Assembly (NCBI GenBank): GCA_905233145.1
Contig: CAJODI010000017.1
Span: 15,599 to 79,598, forward strand
From: an uncultured Ruminococcus sp.
Lineage (GTDB): Bacteria; Bacillota; Clostridia; Oscillospirales; Acutalibacteraceae
Reading direction: 5' to 3'
DNA length: 64,000 nucleotides
Shown here: positions 28,139-35,965 of the stretch, in pieces
Numbering within the stretch: the first letter of the stretch is position 1
Layout of the letters: each line of letters begins with the position of its first letter
Translations under genes and position numbers: made by a program
The notes under the pieces: model-generated
The model's input: only the letters and a program-made list of their open reading frames with translations
What the model was told of the DNA's origin: nothing
The model's database searches: none

Positions 28139-29646
28139 CAATCAATCCCCAGAGCCGAAAGCACATAATTTTGCATTTCGTTTGCCTCCGTAACGTCCGA
28201 GAAACGCACGGGCTTGTTTTTGAGTCCGGCAAGCGGAGCCGGAACCGGCTTATTTGTAAGCTCATTGAGCCTGTCTACCATATCAAATTCATTTTCAGGA
28301 AGTGTTTCCCCGGGAGCAACCGCTTCGAGAACAGATTTAGAAAATTTATACGGGCTTGCCGTTGAAGCAATAACAGACACAGTTTTGTCGCCGGTTTCTT
28401 CAACGTATTGCTCATAGACCTTAACAGCAACGGCAGTGTGTGTATCGCAGAGATATCCTTCCTGATCAAAAAGCTTTTTGATTGTTGCCTGAGTCGCGCT
28501 GTCGTCGCAGTAGCCGCCGAAGAATTTTTCCTTGATGACAGCCTTGACCTCGTCGGTAACCTCATATTTACCCTCGGTTTTGAGAGCGTTCATCCATTCT
28601 CTTGTCAGCTTGTCATTGTTACCGGAAAGCTTATAAAGCAGACGCTCCAGATTGCTGGACACCAAAATATCCATTGAAGGCGACATAGTTGTATAAAACT
28701 GTCTGTTTTTGTCATAAATACCTGTATTAATAAAATCAGTGAGAACGTTGTTAGAGTTGGAAGCGCAGATGAATTTTGCAATCGGCAGCCCCATGAGACA
28801 AGCGTAATATGAAGCAAGAATGTTTCCGAAATTTCCTGTGGGAACAACAACGTTGATTTTGTCTCCAAAGCTTATTTTGCCGGAATTCACCAAATCGCAA
28901 TATGCAGAAACATAGTATACTATCTGCGGAAGCAGTCTGCCCCAGTTAATTGAATTTGCCGAAGAAAACAGCATGTTGTTTTCGGCAAGCTTTTCCGAAA
29001 CCTCGGGTGTGGTAAATATTTTCTTTACGCCTGTCTGAGCGTCGTCAAAATTGCCCCTAATAGCACAAACCTTGACGTTTTCACCCTCTTGGGTATTCAT
29101 CTGATGCTTTTGCATCGGACTAACGCCGTTGACAGGATAGAAAACAATGATTTTTGTATGATCAACGTCCTTAAAGCCTTCCAAGGCTGCTTTTCCGGTA
29201 TCACCGGAGGTTGCTACTAGAATAACCGCGTCCTTGCCGTCATAAGTCTTTTTCAGCGACTTAGTGAGGAGATGCGGAAGTATTTGCAGAGCCATATCCT
29301 TGAAAGCGCATGTCGGACCGTGCCAAAGCTCAAGTATATTCAGTTCGTTTCCGTCAAGAGTTGTACAAGCCAGCGGAGCGGGATTGTCTCCGCCGAATTT
29401 TTCGGCGGTATATGCCTTTTCAACACAATCGGAAATTTCCTCTGCGCTGAAATCTGTTAGGAACGCGGAAAAAATAAGCTTTGCCCTGCCCTTGTAGTCG
29501 GAGTTTAGCAGAGCCTGAAAATCAGCCTCGGATAATTTTGGAAATTCCTGTGGAACAAAAAGTCCTCCGTCCTTGGAAATTCCCTGAGCGATAGCCTGGG
29601 CTGAGGAAACTACCTCGCCGACATTTTGCGTGCTGTTATACAACAT
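28138..29646 (-). CDS. thrC: Threonine synthase
   Basis: LELWHGPTCAFKDMAL, ATSGDTG, SANSINWGR, VPTGNFGN. Confidence 0.96.
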   Translation of the reverse strand: MLYNSTQNVGEVVSSAQAIAQGISKDGGLFVPQEFPKLSEADFQALLNSDYKGRAKLIFSAFLTDFSAEEISDCVEKAYTAEKFGGDNPAPLACTTLDGNELNILELWHGPTCAFKDMALQILPHLLTKSLKKTYDGKDAVILVATSGDTGKAALEGFKDVDHTKIIVFYPVNGVSPMQKHQMNTQEGENVKVCAIRGNFDDAQTGVKKIFTTPEVSEKLAENNMLFSSANSINWGRLLPQIVYYVSAYCDLVNSGKISFGDKINVVVPTGNFGNILASYYACLMGLPIAKFICASNSNNVLTDFINTGIYDKNRQFYTTMSPSMDILVSSNLERLLYKLSGNNDKLTREWMNALKTEGKYEVTDEVKAVIKEKFFGGYCDDSATQATIKKLFDQEGYLCDTHTAVAVKVYEQYVEETGDKTVSVIASTASPYKFSKSVLEAVAPGETLPENEFDMVDRLNELTNKPVPAPLAGLKNKPVRFSDVTEANEMQNYVLSALGID

Positions 29647-29715
29647 TTTATTCATCCTTTCAAACATCTTGAAGCTTTGATGACAAGAATAAAGCCTATA
29701 AAGACCTATTAAGAT

Positions 29716-29744
29716 ATTTTACTACATATTTTGAAGATTGTCAA
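29716..29744 (-). promoter_or_regulatory. sigmaA promoter of thrC
   Basis: TTGACA, 17 nt, TAAAAT on the minus strand. Confidence 0.65.
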
Positions 29745-29810
29745 AGTTTTCAAAGAAATTCAGCGCGTTCTCATAAAAATTTTTATTTAGAAGTCCTTCG
29801 CTGTAATTGT

Positions 29811-29952
29811 TTAAGGCAATACCGCATAATTCAGGTGTGCGGATTGCGCAGTAAGATTTTTCGGCAGAGTGTACAAATAATCAGTACGCATACTGACGTA
29901 TGGGTGCTATTCAAGCAAGGCGTGCGCCGTGAATTGTGCGGTGTTGCCTTAA
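29811..29952. mobile_element. MITE family 1, copy D (134-bp core)
   Basis: TTAA|GGCAATACCGCATAATTC...GAATTGTGCGGTGTTGCC|TTAA. Confidence 0.85.
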
Positions 29953-30058
29953 CAAAATAATTCATGAATTACTGCCTGACAAATCATCCGGAAGCCAAAT
30001 CGCGTAGCACAAGCTTATGTGAATTTTCAAAGCGCGTAATTTTCATAGCGCGTATATA

Positions 30059-30457
30059 TTAATAATATTCATTATCCTCAAAAGCGTTTTCTATATAATT
30101 AATATTTACGGGTTTTAGTGTTTGACTGTCAAGGTAAACCTCAGCCACATCAAAGCGGCAGAATCTTTCAAGCTTGTTTTCAGCCAGATATGCCGACGCA
30201 GTGTTGATTATACGCCGGATTTTCCTTTTGTCAACCGCGTCAGAGGCTTTGGTCATTGAATTTATATGGCGCGTTTTTACTTCAACAAAAATCAAATAAT
30301 CACCGTCGTCAGCAACAATATCCAGTTCTCCGTAGGGCTTGCGGTAATTCCTTGCGCAGATTTTACAGCCTCGTTTTTTCAGATATTTTACAGTATACCT
30401 TTCGCCTAAGTCGCCGATTGATTTTGTTGATAAACGCTTTGAAGAAAAGAAGCTCAT
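30059..30457 (-). CDS. yraN: YraN family putative endonuclease
   Basis: GDLGE...[14 protein letters not shown]...FVEVKTR...RFDV. Confidence 0.92.
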   Translation of the reverse strand: MSFFSSKRLSTKSIGDLGERYTVKYLKKRGCKICARNYRKPYGELDIVADDGDYLIFVEVKTRHINSMTKASDAVDKRKIRRIINTASAYLAENKLERFCRFDVAEVYLDSQTLKPVNINYIENAFEDNEYY

Positions 30458-31053
30458 TTCAATATTTTTCCTAAAAAGCTCATTCTGTGATACGGACAGG
30501 GACCGTATTCCCTCAACGCTTCGATATGCGCCTTGGTACCGTAGCCCTTGTGTTTGTCAAAGCCGTACTGAGGATATTCTTTTGCATATTCATACAAAAG
30601 CCTGTCCCTTGAAACCTTCGCCAAAATAGAAGCACAGGCTACAGACATTGATTTTGCGTCGCCTTTGATAATAAACTCACTTTGTATTTCTAAATCCGGA
30701 GTTCGGTTTCCGTCGATCAAAGCGTAATCAGCCCTTACGCCAAGTCCTTCGACCGCACGTTTCATTGCAAGCATTGTGGCATTGAGGATGTTAAGCTCCT
30801 CAATTTCTTCCACACCGGCATATGCTATAGAATATGAACGCGCGGTTTTGCATATTACATCAAACAAAGCCTCACGCTTTTTTTTACTTAACTTTTTTGA
30901 ATCATTTACACCCTCAATTACGGTATTTTCGGGCAAAATAACTGCTGCGGCACAAACAGGTCCTGCAAGAGGTCCCCTGCCGGCTTCATCAACTCCGCAA
31001 ATCGCCGAAAAACCTTTTGCGGAAACTTGCTTTTCAAATTCCAACCAATTCAT
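30454..31053 (-). CDS. rnhB: Ribonuclease HII
   Basis: [31 protein letters not shown]. Confidence 0.97.
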   Translation of the reverse strand: MNWLEFEKQVSAKGFSAICGVDEAGRGPLAGPVCAAAVILPENTVIEGVNDSKKLSKKKREALFDVICKTARSYSIAYAGVEEIEELNILNATMLAMKRAVEGLGVRADYALIDGNRTPDLEIQSEFIIKGDAKSMSVACASILAKVSRDRLLYEYAKEYPQYGFDKHKGYGTKAHIEALREYGPCPYHRMSFLGKILK

Positions 31054-31928
31054 TTTAACTCTCCGTATGGCATTTCTACGGTAATTCTTCCGAGCTTGGC
31101 GGCTCTGAATTCATCAAGCAGCATAACCGCCGCCCTTTCGGTGTTGACCTCGCCGCCAGAAATCAGCATACCGCGCTTTTTGGCAATAATTTTCAACAGC
31201 TCGTAAGAATCAATTTCATCCAAATCTGTTTCATCAAGCTTAAACCTTTCTATAAAATCGTCAGGTTTTATTTTTTTCAGAAAATCAAGCAGTCTGACAG
31301 CCAAAAGCTCAATATCAACGACCTGATCCTTGACCGCACCTGTAAAGGCAAGATGCTCGCCTACCGTTTGGTCGTCAAATTTAGGCCACAGAACACCGGG
31401 AGTGTCAAGCATTTCAAGGCTTTTGCTGATTGTAAACCACTGGTTTCCTCTGGTGACTCCGGGTCTGTCCTCAACCTTAGCTCGGTTTTGCTTTGCAATT
31501 TTATTAATAAACGAGGATTTTCCGACATTTGGGATTCCGACTATCATTATTCTCATAGTAGGATTTTTCATGCCCTTAGCCCTGAGCCTGTTTATTTTCT
31601 CGCTCATAACCTCGTTTACGGCTGACGAAAATTTGTTCAGCCCTCTGCCGCTTTTGCAGTCAACGGCAATTGCCTTGATACCCTGCTTAAAGTAATAGTC
31701 TATCCACATTTTGGTTGCGGTTTTGTTAGCCATATCGCATTTGTTCAGCAATACTATTTTGGGTTTGTTTTGAATAAGATTTCTTAAATCAGGATTTCTG
31801 CTTGAAACAGGGATCCTTGCGTCCAAAATTTCCGCGACAGCGTCAACCAGCTTTAAGCTTGCCTGAATCTGACGCTTTGTTTTTGTCATATGACCGGGAA
31901 ACCATTGTATGTTTTGCGTTTCGCTCAT
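31050..31928 (-). CDS. rbgA: Ribosome biogenesis GTPase RbgA/YlqF
   Basis: [25 protein letters not shown]. Confidence 0.96.
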   Translation of the reverse strand: MSETQNIQWFPGHMTKTKRQIQASLKLVDAVAEILDARIPVSSRNPDLRNLIQNKPKIVLLNKCDMANKTATKMWIDYYFKQGIKAIAVDCKSGRGLNKFSSAVNEVMSEKINRLRAKGMKNPTMRIMIVGIPNVGKSSFINKIAKQNRAKVEDRPGVTRGNQWFTISKSLEMLDTPGVLWPKFDDQTVGEHLAFTGAVKDQVVDIELLAVRLLDFLKKIKPDDFIERFKLDETDLDEIDSYELLKIIAKKRGMLISGGEVNTERAAVMLLDEFRAAKLGRITVEMPYGELK

Positions 31929-31946
31929 TTTTACCTCAATATAATG

Positions 31947-32507
31947 TCAATCTAAATATCGTATTCTGTCAAAAGGAAAGAAAATAAACTGAGCCTTTCC
32001 GATAATATCGTCAACCGAAATCAATCCGATTTTTTCGTCCCTGCTGTCAAGTGATATGTATCGGTTGTCCCCCATCACAAAAATACTTCCCTGCGGAACA
32101 ACAACCGATATTTTTAGATTTTCCTCCGGTTTCATTGATGATGAAACATATGGTTCATCAATCAGAATCCCGTCAACCGAAACCTCTCCGGTGCCGCAGT
32201 TAATATTAAGCATCTGTCCTTCGGTTGCAATAACGCGCTTAATGATTCTCTTTTGCTTAAGGTTTTCGGTGTTTATCGCGACTATATCTCCGACTTTAGG
32301 AGTATACATCATACTTGTAAGCAAAACCTTGTCGCCGTTGCGCAGAGTTTCAGACATAGAATTACCAACTACATTTGCATCTCTGATAATAAATGTGAAA
32401 ATCACCGATACAAGGGCGAAAATAAAAATTATAGGTTTAAAAAAATCAAATATATTAACAGCCAACCTGTTTTTGTTGAGTGTTAATTCAAATTTATTAT
32501 TATTCAA
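31947..32507 (-). CDS. lepB: Signal peptidase I, paralog 1
   Basis: TM, GNSM (Ser), IKRVIA (Lys), GDNR..SLDSR; likely TTG start at 32507 with GAGG 8 nt upstream. Confidence 0.9.
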   Translation of the reverse strand: MNNNKFELTLNKNRLAVNIFDFFKPIIFIFALVSVIFTFIIRDANVVGNSMSETLRNGDKVLLTSMMYTPKVGDIVAINTENLKQKRIIKRVIATEGQMLNINCGTGEVSVDGILIDEPYVSSSMKPEENLKISVVVPQGSIFVMGDNRYISLDSRDEKIGLISVDDIIGKAQFIFFPFDRIRYLD

Positions 32508-32736
32508 TCTTGTTTCCTCAAAAAACAAAAAACAAAAGCTTATCTCAATTCTAAAACTAATCCCAAAAACTATTTCTGATAAACCGCTTTAAAACAAATA
32601 CAGCCGAAAACTTTATGTGTTAAAGTGCTAAGATGTTTTGTCAGATAACAGTATGAATATTAGCATAAAATAGAAATAAGCTTTTTGAGGTACATAAAAA
32701 TTCAACAAAGAAGCCGATTAATAAATCGAAGTATCC

Positions 32737-32875
32737 TTAAGGCAATACCGCACAATTCGCGGTGCACGCCTTGCTTGCATATTATTCCGTCAGACTGCCC
32801 AAAAATCAGCTCCCATACGTCAGTATGCGAACTGATACGCAATCCGCACACCCGAATTGTGCGGTGTTGCCTTAA
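32737..32875. mobile_element. MITE family 1, copy E (131-bp core)
   Basis: TTAA|GGCAATACCGCACAATTC...GAATTGTGCGGTGTTGCC|TTAA; the right TTAA contains the stop of lepB paralog 2. Confidence 0.85.
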
Positions 32876-33786
32876 TACAAATATCCGAAATGGTCAAACG
32901 GAAAAGCAACAAACTGTGCCTTGCCGATTACGTCGTCAACGTCAACCAAGCCGATCTTTTTGTTGCGGCTGTCAAGTGAAACCCTGCGGTTGTCGCCCAT
33001 AACAAAAATTTTTCCTTCCGGAATAACCTCCGGGATATCATAATTTGAAAAAGTTTCGGAAAATGTGGTTTCCTTTATATACGGTTCATTTAAAACGATG
33101 CCGTTTACAATAATCTGCTCATGAGCAAAATCCAGTTTCAAAGTTTGACCCTCGGTAGCGATTACTCTCTTGATAATAGGATTTTCATATGCTGCGCCAT
33201 GCGAAATAACAATTATATCGTTATTTTGCGGCTTATACATAAGATTTGTTACAACAACCTTATCCTGAGTTGAAAGCGTGTCATCCATTGACGAACCCTC
33301 AACCTCGACCAGTCTGAAAACAAATGTCAGACAAATCACAACGATAGCAAAGGCAAAAAGCAGGCATCTGATCCAGTCGTATACAGACGAAATCGCGCCG
33401 TTGGATTTAGCGGCAATGAATTTGTTGCCGTCGCCAAATTCCTCCTGATCGACAACTATATCCTGATTCTGCTTTTTAAAAGTATAGTCGTTGTCGATTT
33501 GCTTTTCCAATGCTTCGTCCAGTTGACTGTCATCAGCCTTCTGGTTCTGCTTATTGAATGTAAAATCATTGTCTATCTGTTTTTTTAAAGCTTCATCCAG
33601 CTTTTTTTCGTTGATTTTCTGCTGTTGATTATTAAGCTTGAAATCATCGTCTATTTGTTTTCTAAAAACTTCATCCGGTTGAATTTCATCAAGCCTGTAA
33701 TTTGGTTTATTAATTTTAAAATCGTCGTCTATTTGCTTTTTTAGGGACTCTTCTAATTGGTTATCGGCATTTTTCTTCTTGCTCAT
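32872..33786 (-). CDS. lepB: Signal peptidase I, paralog 2, with N-terminal tandem repeats
   Basis: GSSM, IKRVIA, GDNRRVSLDSR; ~110-aa N-terminal extension of four 26-aa repeats. Confidence 0.92.
   Translation of the reverse strand: MSKKKNADNQLEESLKKQIDDDFKINKPNYRLDEIQPDEVFRKQIDDDFKLNNQQQKINEKKLDEALKKQIDNDFTFNKQNQKADDSQLDEALEKQIDNDYTFKKQNQDIVVDQEEFGDGNKFIAAKSNGAISSVYDWIRCLLFAFAIVVICLTFVFRLVEVEGSSMDDTLSTQDKVVVTNLMYKPQNNDIIVISHGAAYENPIIKRVIATEGQTLKLDFAHEQIIVNGIVLNEPYIKETTFSETFSNYDIPEVIPEGKIFVMGDNRRVSLDSRNKKIGLVDVDDVIGKAQFVAFPFDHFGYLY
33460..33771 (-). repeat. 4 x 78-nt (26-aa) coding tandem repeat
   Basis: KQID(D/N)D(F/Y) starts at residues 17, 43, 69 and 95, an exact 26-aa period. Confidence 0.9.
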
Positions 33787-33800
33787 GAAATCACCTGCTT

Positions 33801-33850
33801 TTTAGGCAACACCGCATAACTTGCGGTACGCGCCTTGCTTGAATTTTGTT
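33801..33850. mobile_element. MITE family 1, copy F (one-ended remnant)
   Basis: TTTA|GGCAACACCGCATAACTTGCGGTACGCGCCTTGCTTGAAT; no matching right TIR found. Confidence 0.7.
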
Positions 33851-33944
33851 ATTCATTTTGTCCGAAAAACTTTTGGCAAGGCATCAGCCATACCTCAATT
33901 TTTGAACAAACTGACAAAAAACTTATTGTATTAAATACAATCAC

Positions 33945-33972
33945 AAAAGGGGACTGTAAGTCAGTCCCCTTT
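33945..33972 (-). terminator. rplS terminator
   Basis: AAAGGGGACTG-TAAGT-CAGTCCCCTTT. Confidence 0.8.
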
Positions 33973-33985
33973 CATTATTCGAGAA

Positions 33986-34333
33986 TCACTTACGAATCTG
34001 TTCCTTAACCTTTGCAGCCTTACCAACTCTGTCACGGAGATAGTAGAGCTTGCTTCTGCGAACCTTACCGTAACGAACAACCTTGATATCCTTTACGTTC
34101 GGTGAGTGGAGCGGGAACACTCTTTCAACGCCAACTCCGTAAGCTACTCTTCTTACGGTAAAGGTCTCGGCAACGCCGCTTCCTCTCTTGGCAATAACTG
34201 TTCCTTCAAACATCTGGATTCTTTCTCTTTCGCCTTCGCGAATGTTTACCGATACTCTGATAGTATCGCCTATGCCGAATTCAGGAGTTGATTCCTTAAC
34301 TGAACCGGCAGCTATTGTTTTTAATGCGTCCAT
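33986..34333 (-). CDS. rplS: 50S ribosomal protein L19
   Basis: GDTIRV...[10 protein letters not shown]...GVERVFP...[12 protein letters not shown]. Confidence 0.98.
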   Translation of the reverse strand: MDALKTIAAGSVKESTPEFGIGDTIRVSVNIREGERERIQMFEGTVIAKRGSGVAETFTVRRVAYGVGVERVFPLHSPNVKDIKVVRYGKVRRSKLYYLRDRVGKAAKVKEQIRK

Positions 34334-34349
34334 TTTTTGTCCTCCTAAT

Positions 34350-34392
34350 TTTACCCGATATTCATACCCTTTGGCAGCGGACTATCAGCTTC
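34350..34392 (-). promoter_or_regulatory. Putative L19 leader (ribosomal protein autoregulatory RNA)
   Basis: GTCCGCTG...ATGAATATCGGG just upstream of the rplS RBS resembles my recollection of the Firmicutes L19 leader; needs a covariance-model check. Confidence 0.45.
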
Positions 34393-34499
34393 AAAATGAC
34401 GGCTTTGCCGTTATTTGAACCGCGTCGTGAGTTACGACGGTATCAAATGCTTTAATATAATATCATAAAAAGAAATATAAATCAAGTGTTTTTTAACAA

Positions 34500-35414
34500 T
34501 TAAACTGTATTTTTCAGCTTTTTAAGAAATTTATCAAAATATTCGGGCAGCGGGGCAGTAAATTCCATGTATTCTTTAGTTGCAGGATGGACAAAACCTA
34601 TTTTTGCGGCGTGAAGGCACTGTCCCTCAAAACCGGTTTTTTCTTTTTTTACGCCGTATACCGAATCACCGGCAACAGGATGTCCGATATATGCCATGTG
34701 AACTCTGATTTGATGTGTTCTTCCGGTTTCAAGTCTGCACTTTATGTGGGTGTAGCTCTTAAACCTCTCGACTACCTTCCAGTGTGTAACAGCATTTTTA
34801 CTGTTTTTTTGAGTAACGCACATTTTCTTTCTGTCATTGGGATTTCGTCCTATGGGTGCGTCAACAGTTCCGAGGTCGTCCCTCAGGCGACCGAAAACAA
34901 CAGCCTCGTATTCTCTTGTAAAGGAATGCTCCTTGATTTGCTCTGCGAGCAATGTATGGGCAAAATCATTTTTTGCGACAATAAGCAAGCCGCTTGTGTC
35001 CTTGTCTATCCTGTGAACGATACCCGGACGCATAACGCCGTTTATTCCGGAGAGGCTGTCTTTGCAGTGATAGAGCAGCGCGTTTACAAGCGTTCCGTCA
35101 TAGTTACCGGCAGCAGGGTGAACAACCATTCCCTTCGGCTTATTTACCACCAAAAGATGCTCGTCCTCATAAACGATATCCAGAGGAATGTTTTCCGCTT
35201 TTGCCTCGTATTCAACGGGATCGGGTACACTGACTTTTATAATATCGCCCTGCATGAGCTTTTGCTTTTTATTCACGGTCTTGCCGTTCACGAGCACATT
35301 TTCCGCTTCAATCAAACTGACCGCTGCATTTCGCGAAAGTCCTATTTCTGCCTGCGACAGATATTTGTCAATTCTGATTCCGTTTTCGTCGCAGATAAGC
35401 TCATATACGGTCAT
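34500..35414 (-). CDS. rluD: RluA/RluD family 23S rRNA pseudouridine synthase
   Basis: S4 domain, VNKPKGMVVHP, HRIDKDTSG, GRTHQIRVH. Confidence 0.9.
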   Translation of the reverse strand: MTVYELICDENGIRIDKYLSQAEIGLSRNAAVSLIEAENVLVNGKTVNKKQKLMQGDIIKVSVPDPVEYEAKAENIPLDIVYEDEHLLVVNKPKGMVVHPAAGNYDGTLVNALLYHCKDSLSGINGVMRPGIVHRIDKDTSGLLIVAKNDFAHTLLAEQIKEHSFTREYEAVVFGRLRDDLGTVDAPIGRNPNDRKKMCVTQKNSKNAVTHWKVVERFKSYTHIKCRLETGRTHQIRVHMAYIGHPVAGDSVYGVKKEKTGFEGQCLHAAKIGFVHPATKEYMEFTAPLPEYFDKFLKKLKNTV

Positions 35415-35886
35415 TTTTCAAATCCTTTTTGCTGCTTTTTAAATATCCGGTGAAAAATATAACGTAAACCGCAAGCATTACAACACCGATTGTTATAGCA
35501 TAATCCGCAAAATTACACACCGGAGAAAAGAAAGAAAGGCTGATATAGTCTATTACATATCCGTACAGAACTCTGTCAATAAGATTTCCGATTCCGCCGC
35601 CTATTATCAGTCCGGCGGCAAAATAGAAAAGCTTGCCGCCCGGTCGCTTCAAAAACATAAAAACAATAATAGCGGCAATCAAAACAGAAGTAAGCACTAC
35701 AAAAAACCAGCGCATATCGTTGAACATTCCAAACGCAACACCGCGGTTTTCAACATAAGTCAGCTTAAAAAGATTGTCGATTACCGAAACTGAACCTAAG
35801 GGTTTTAAATTATTAATAACAAAATATTTGATGATTTGATCGGCAGCGACAACAATCACGCCGATTAACAGTGCAACTAAAGGCAT
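35401..35886 (-). CDS. lspA: Lipoprotein signal peptidase II
   Basis: DQIIK, NRGVAFG, GGGIGNLIDR, VIDYI...NFAD. Confidence 0.96.
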   Translation of the reverse strand: MPLVALLIGVIVVAADQIIKYFVINNLKPLGSVSVIDNLFKLTYVENRGVAFGMFNDMRWFFVVLTSVLIAAIIVFMFLKRPGGKLFYFAAGLIIGGGIGNLIDRVLYGYVIDYISLSFFSPVCNFADYAITIGVVMLAVYVIFFTGYLKSSKKDLKNDRI

Positions 35887-35909
35887 ATTTCCTCCCAAAC
35901 CAATGCACT

Positions 35910-35953
35910 AAAAAGAGCACCTCCAAAACCATCTGCTGTTCAGAGGTGCTCTT
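35910..35953 (-). terminator. Terminator after ileS
   Basis: AAGAGCACCTC...GAGGTGCTCTT stem. Confidence 0.65.
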
Positions 35954-35965
35954 ATAATTATAGAA

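Noticed and set aside
29650-29810. T-box or attenuator upstream of thrC
   Set aside because: No T-box motif, and the promoter lies only about 70 bp from the start codon.
32615-32670. CIRCE (HrcA) operator from AAGTGCTAA / TTAGCATA
   Set aside because: The half-sites are in the wrong order and spacing for TTAGCACTC-N9-GAGTGCTAA, and no chaperone gene lies downstream.
32685-33002. Small ORFs 32685-33002 and 10439-10627 with similar sequence (TPCLxIIPSDCPKIS)
   Set aside because: The similarity comes from translating the MITE; there is no RBS and they overlap real genes on the opposite or same strand.
34587-35453. Long antisense ORFs (34587-35453, 51392-52234, 38102-38713, 21527-22114, 17717-18343 and others)
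   Set aside because: They are shadow or alternative frames of well-conserved genes (rluD, efp, ileS, lon, gdhA) with no recognisable motifs.
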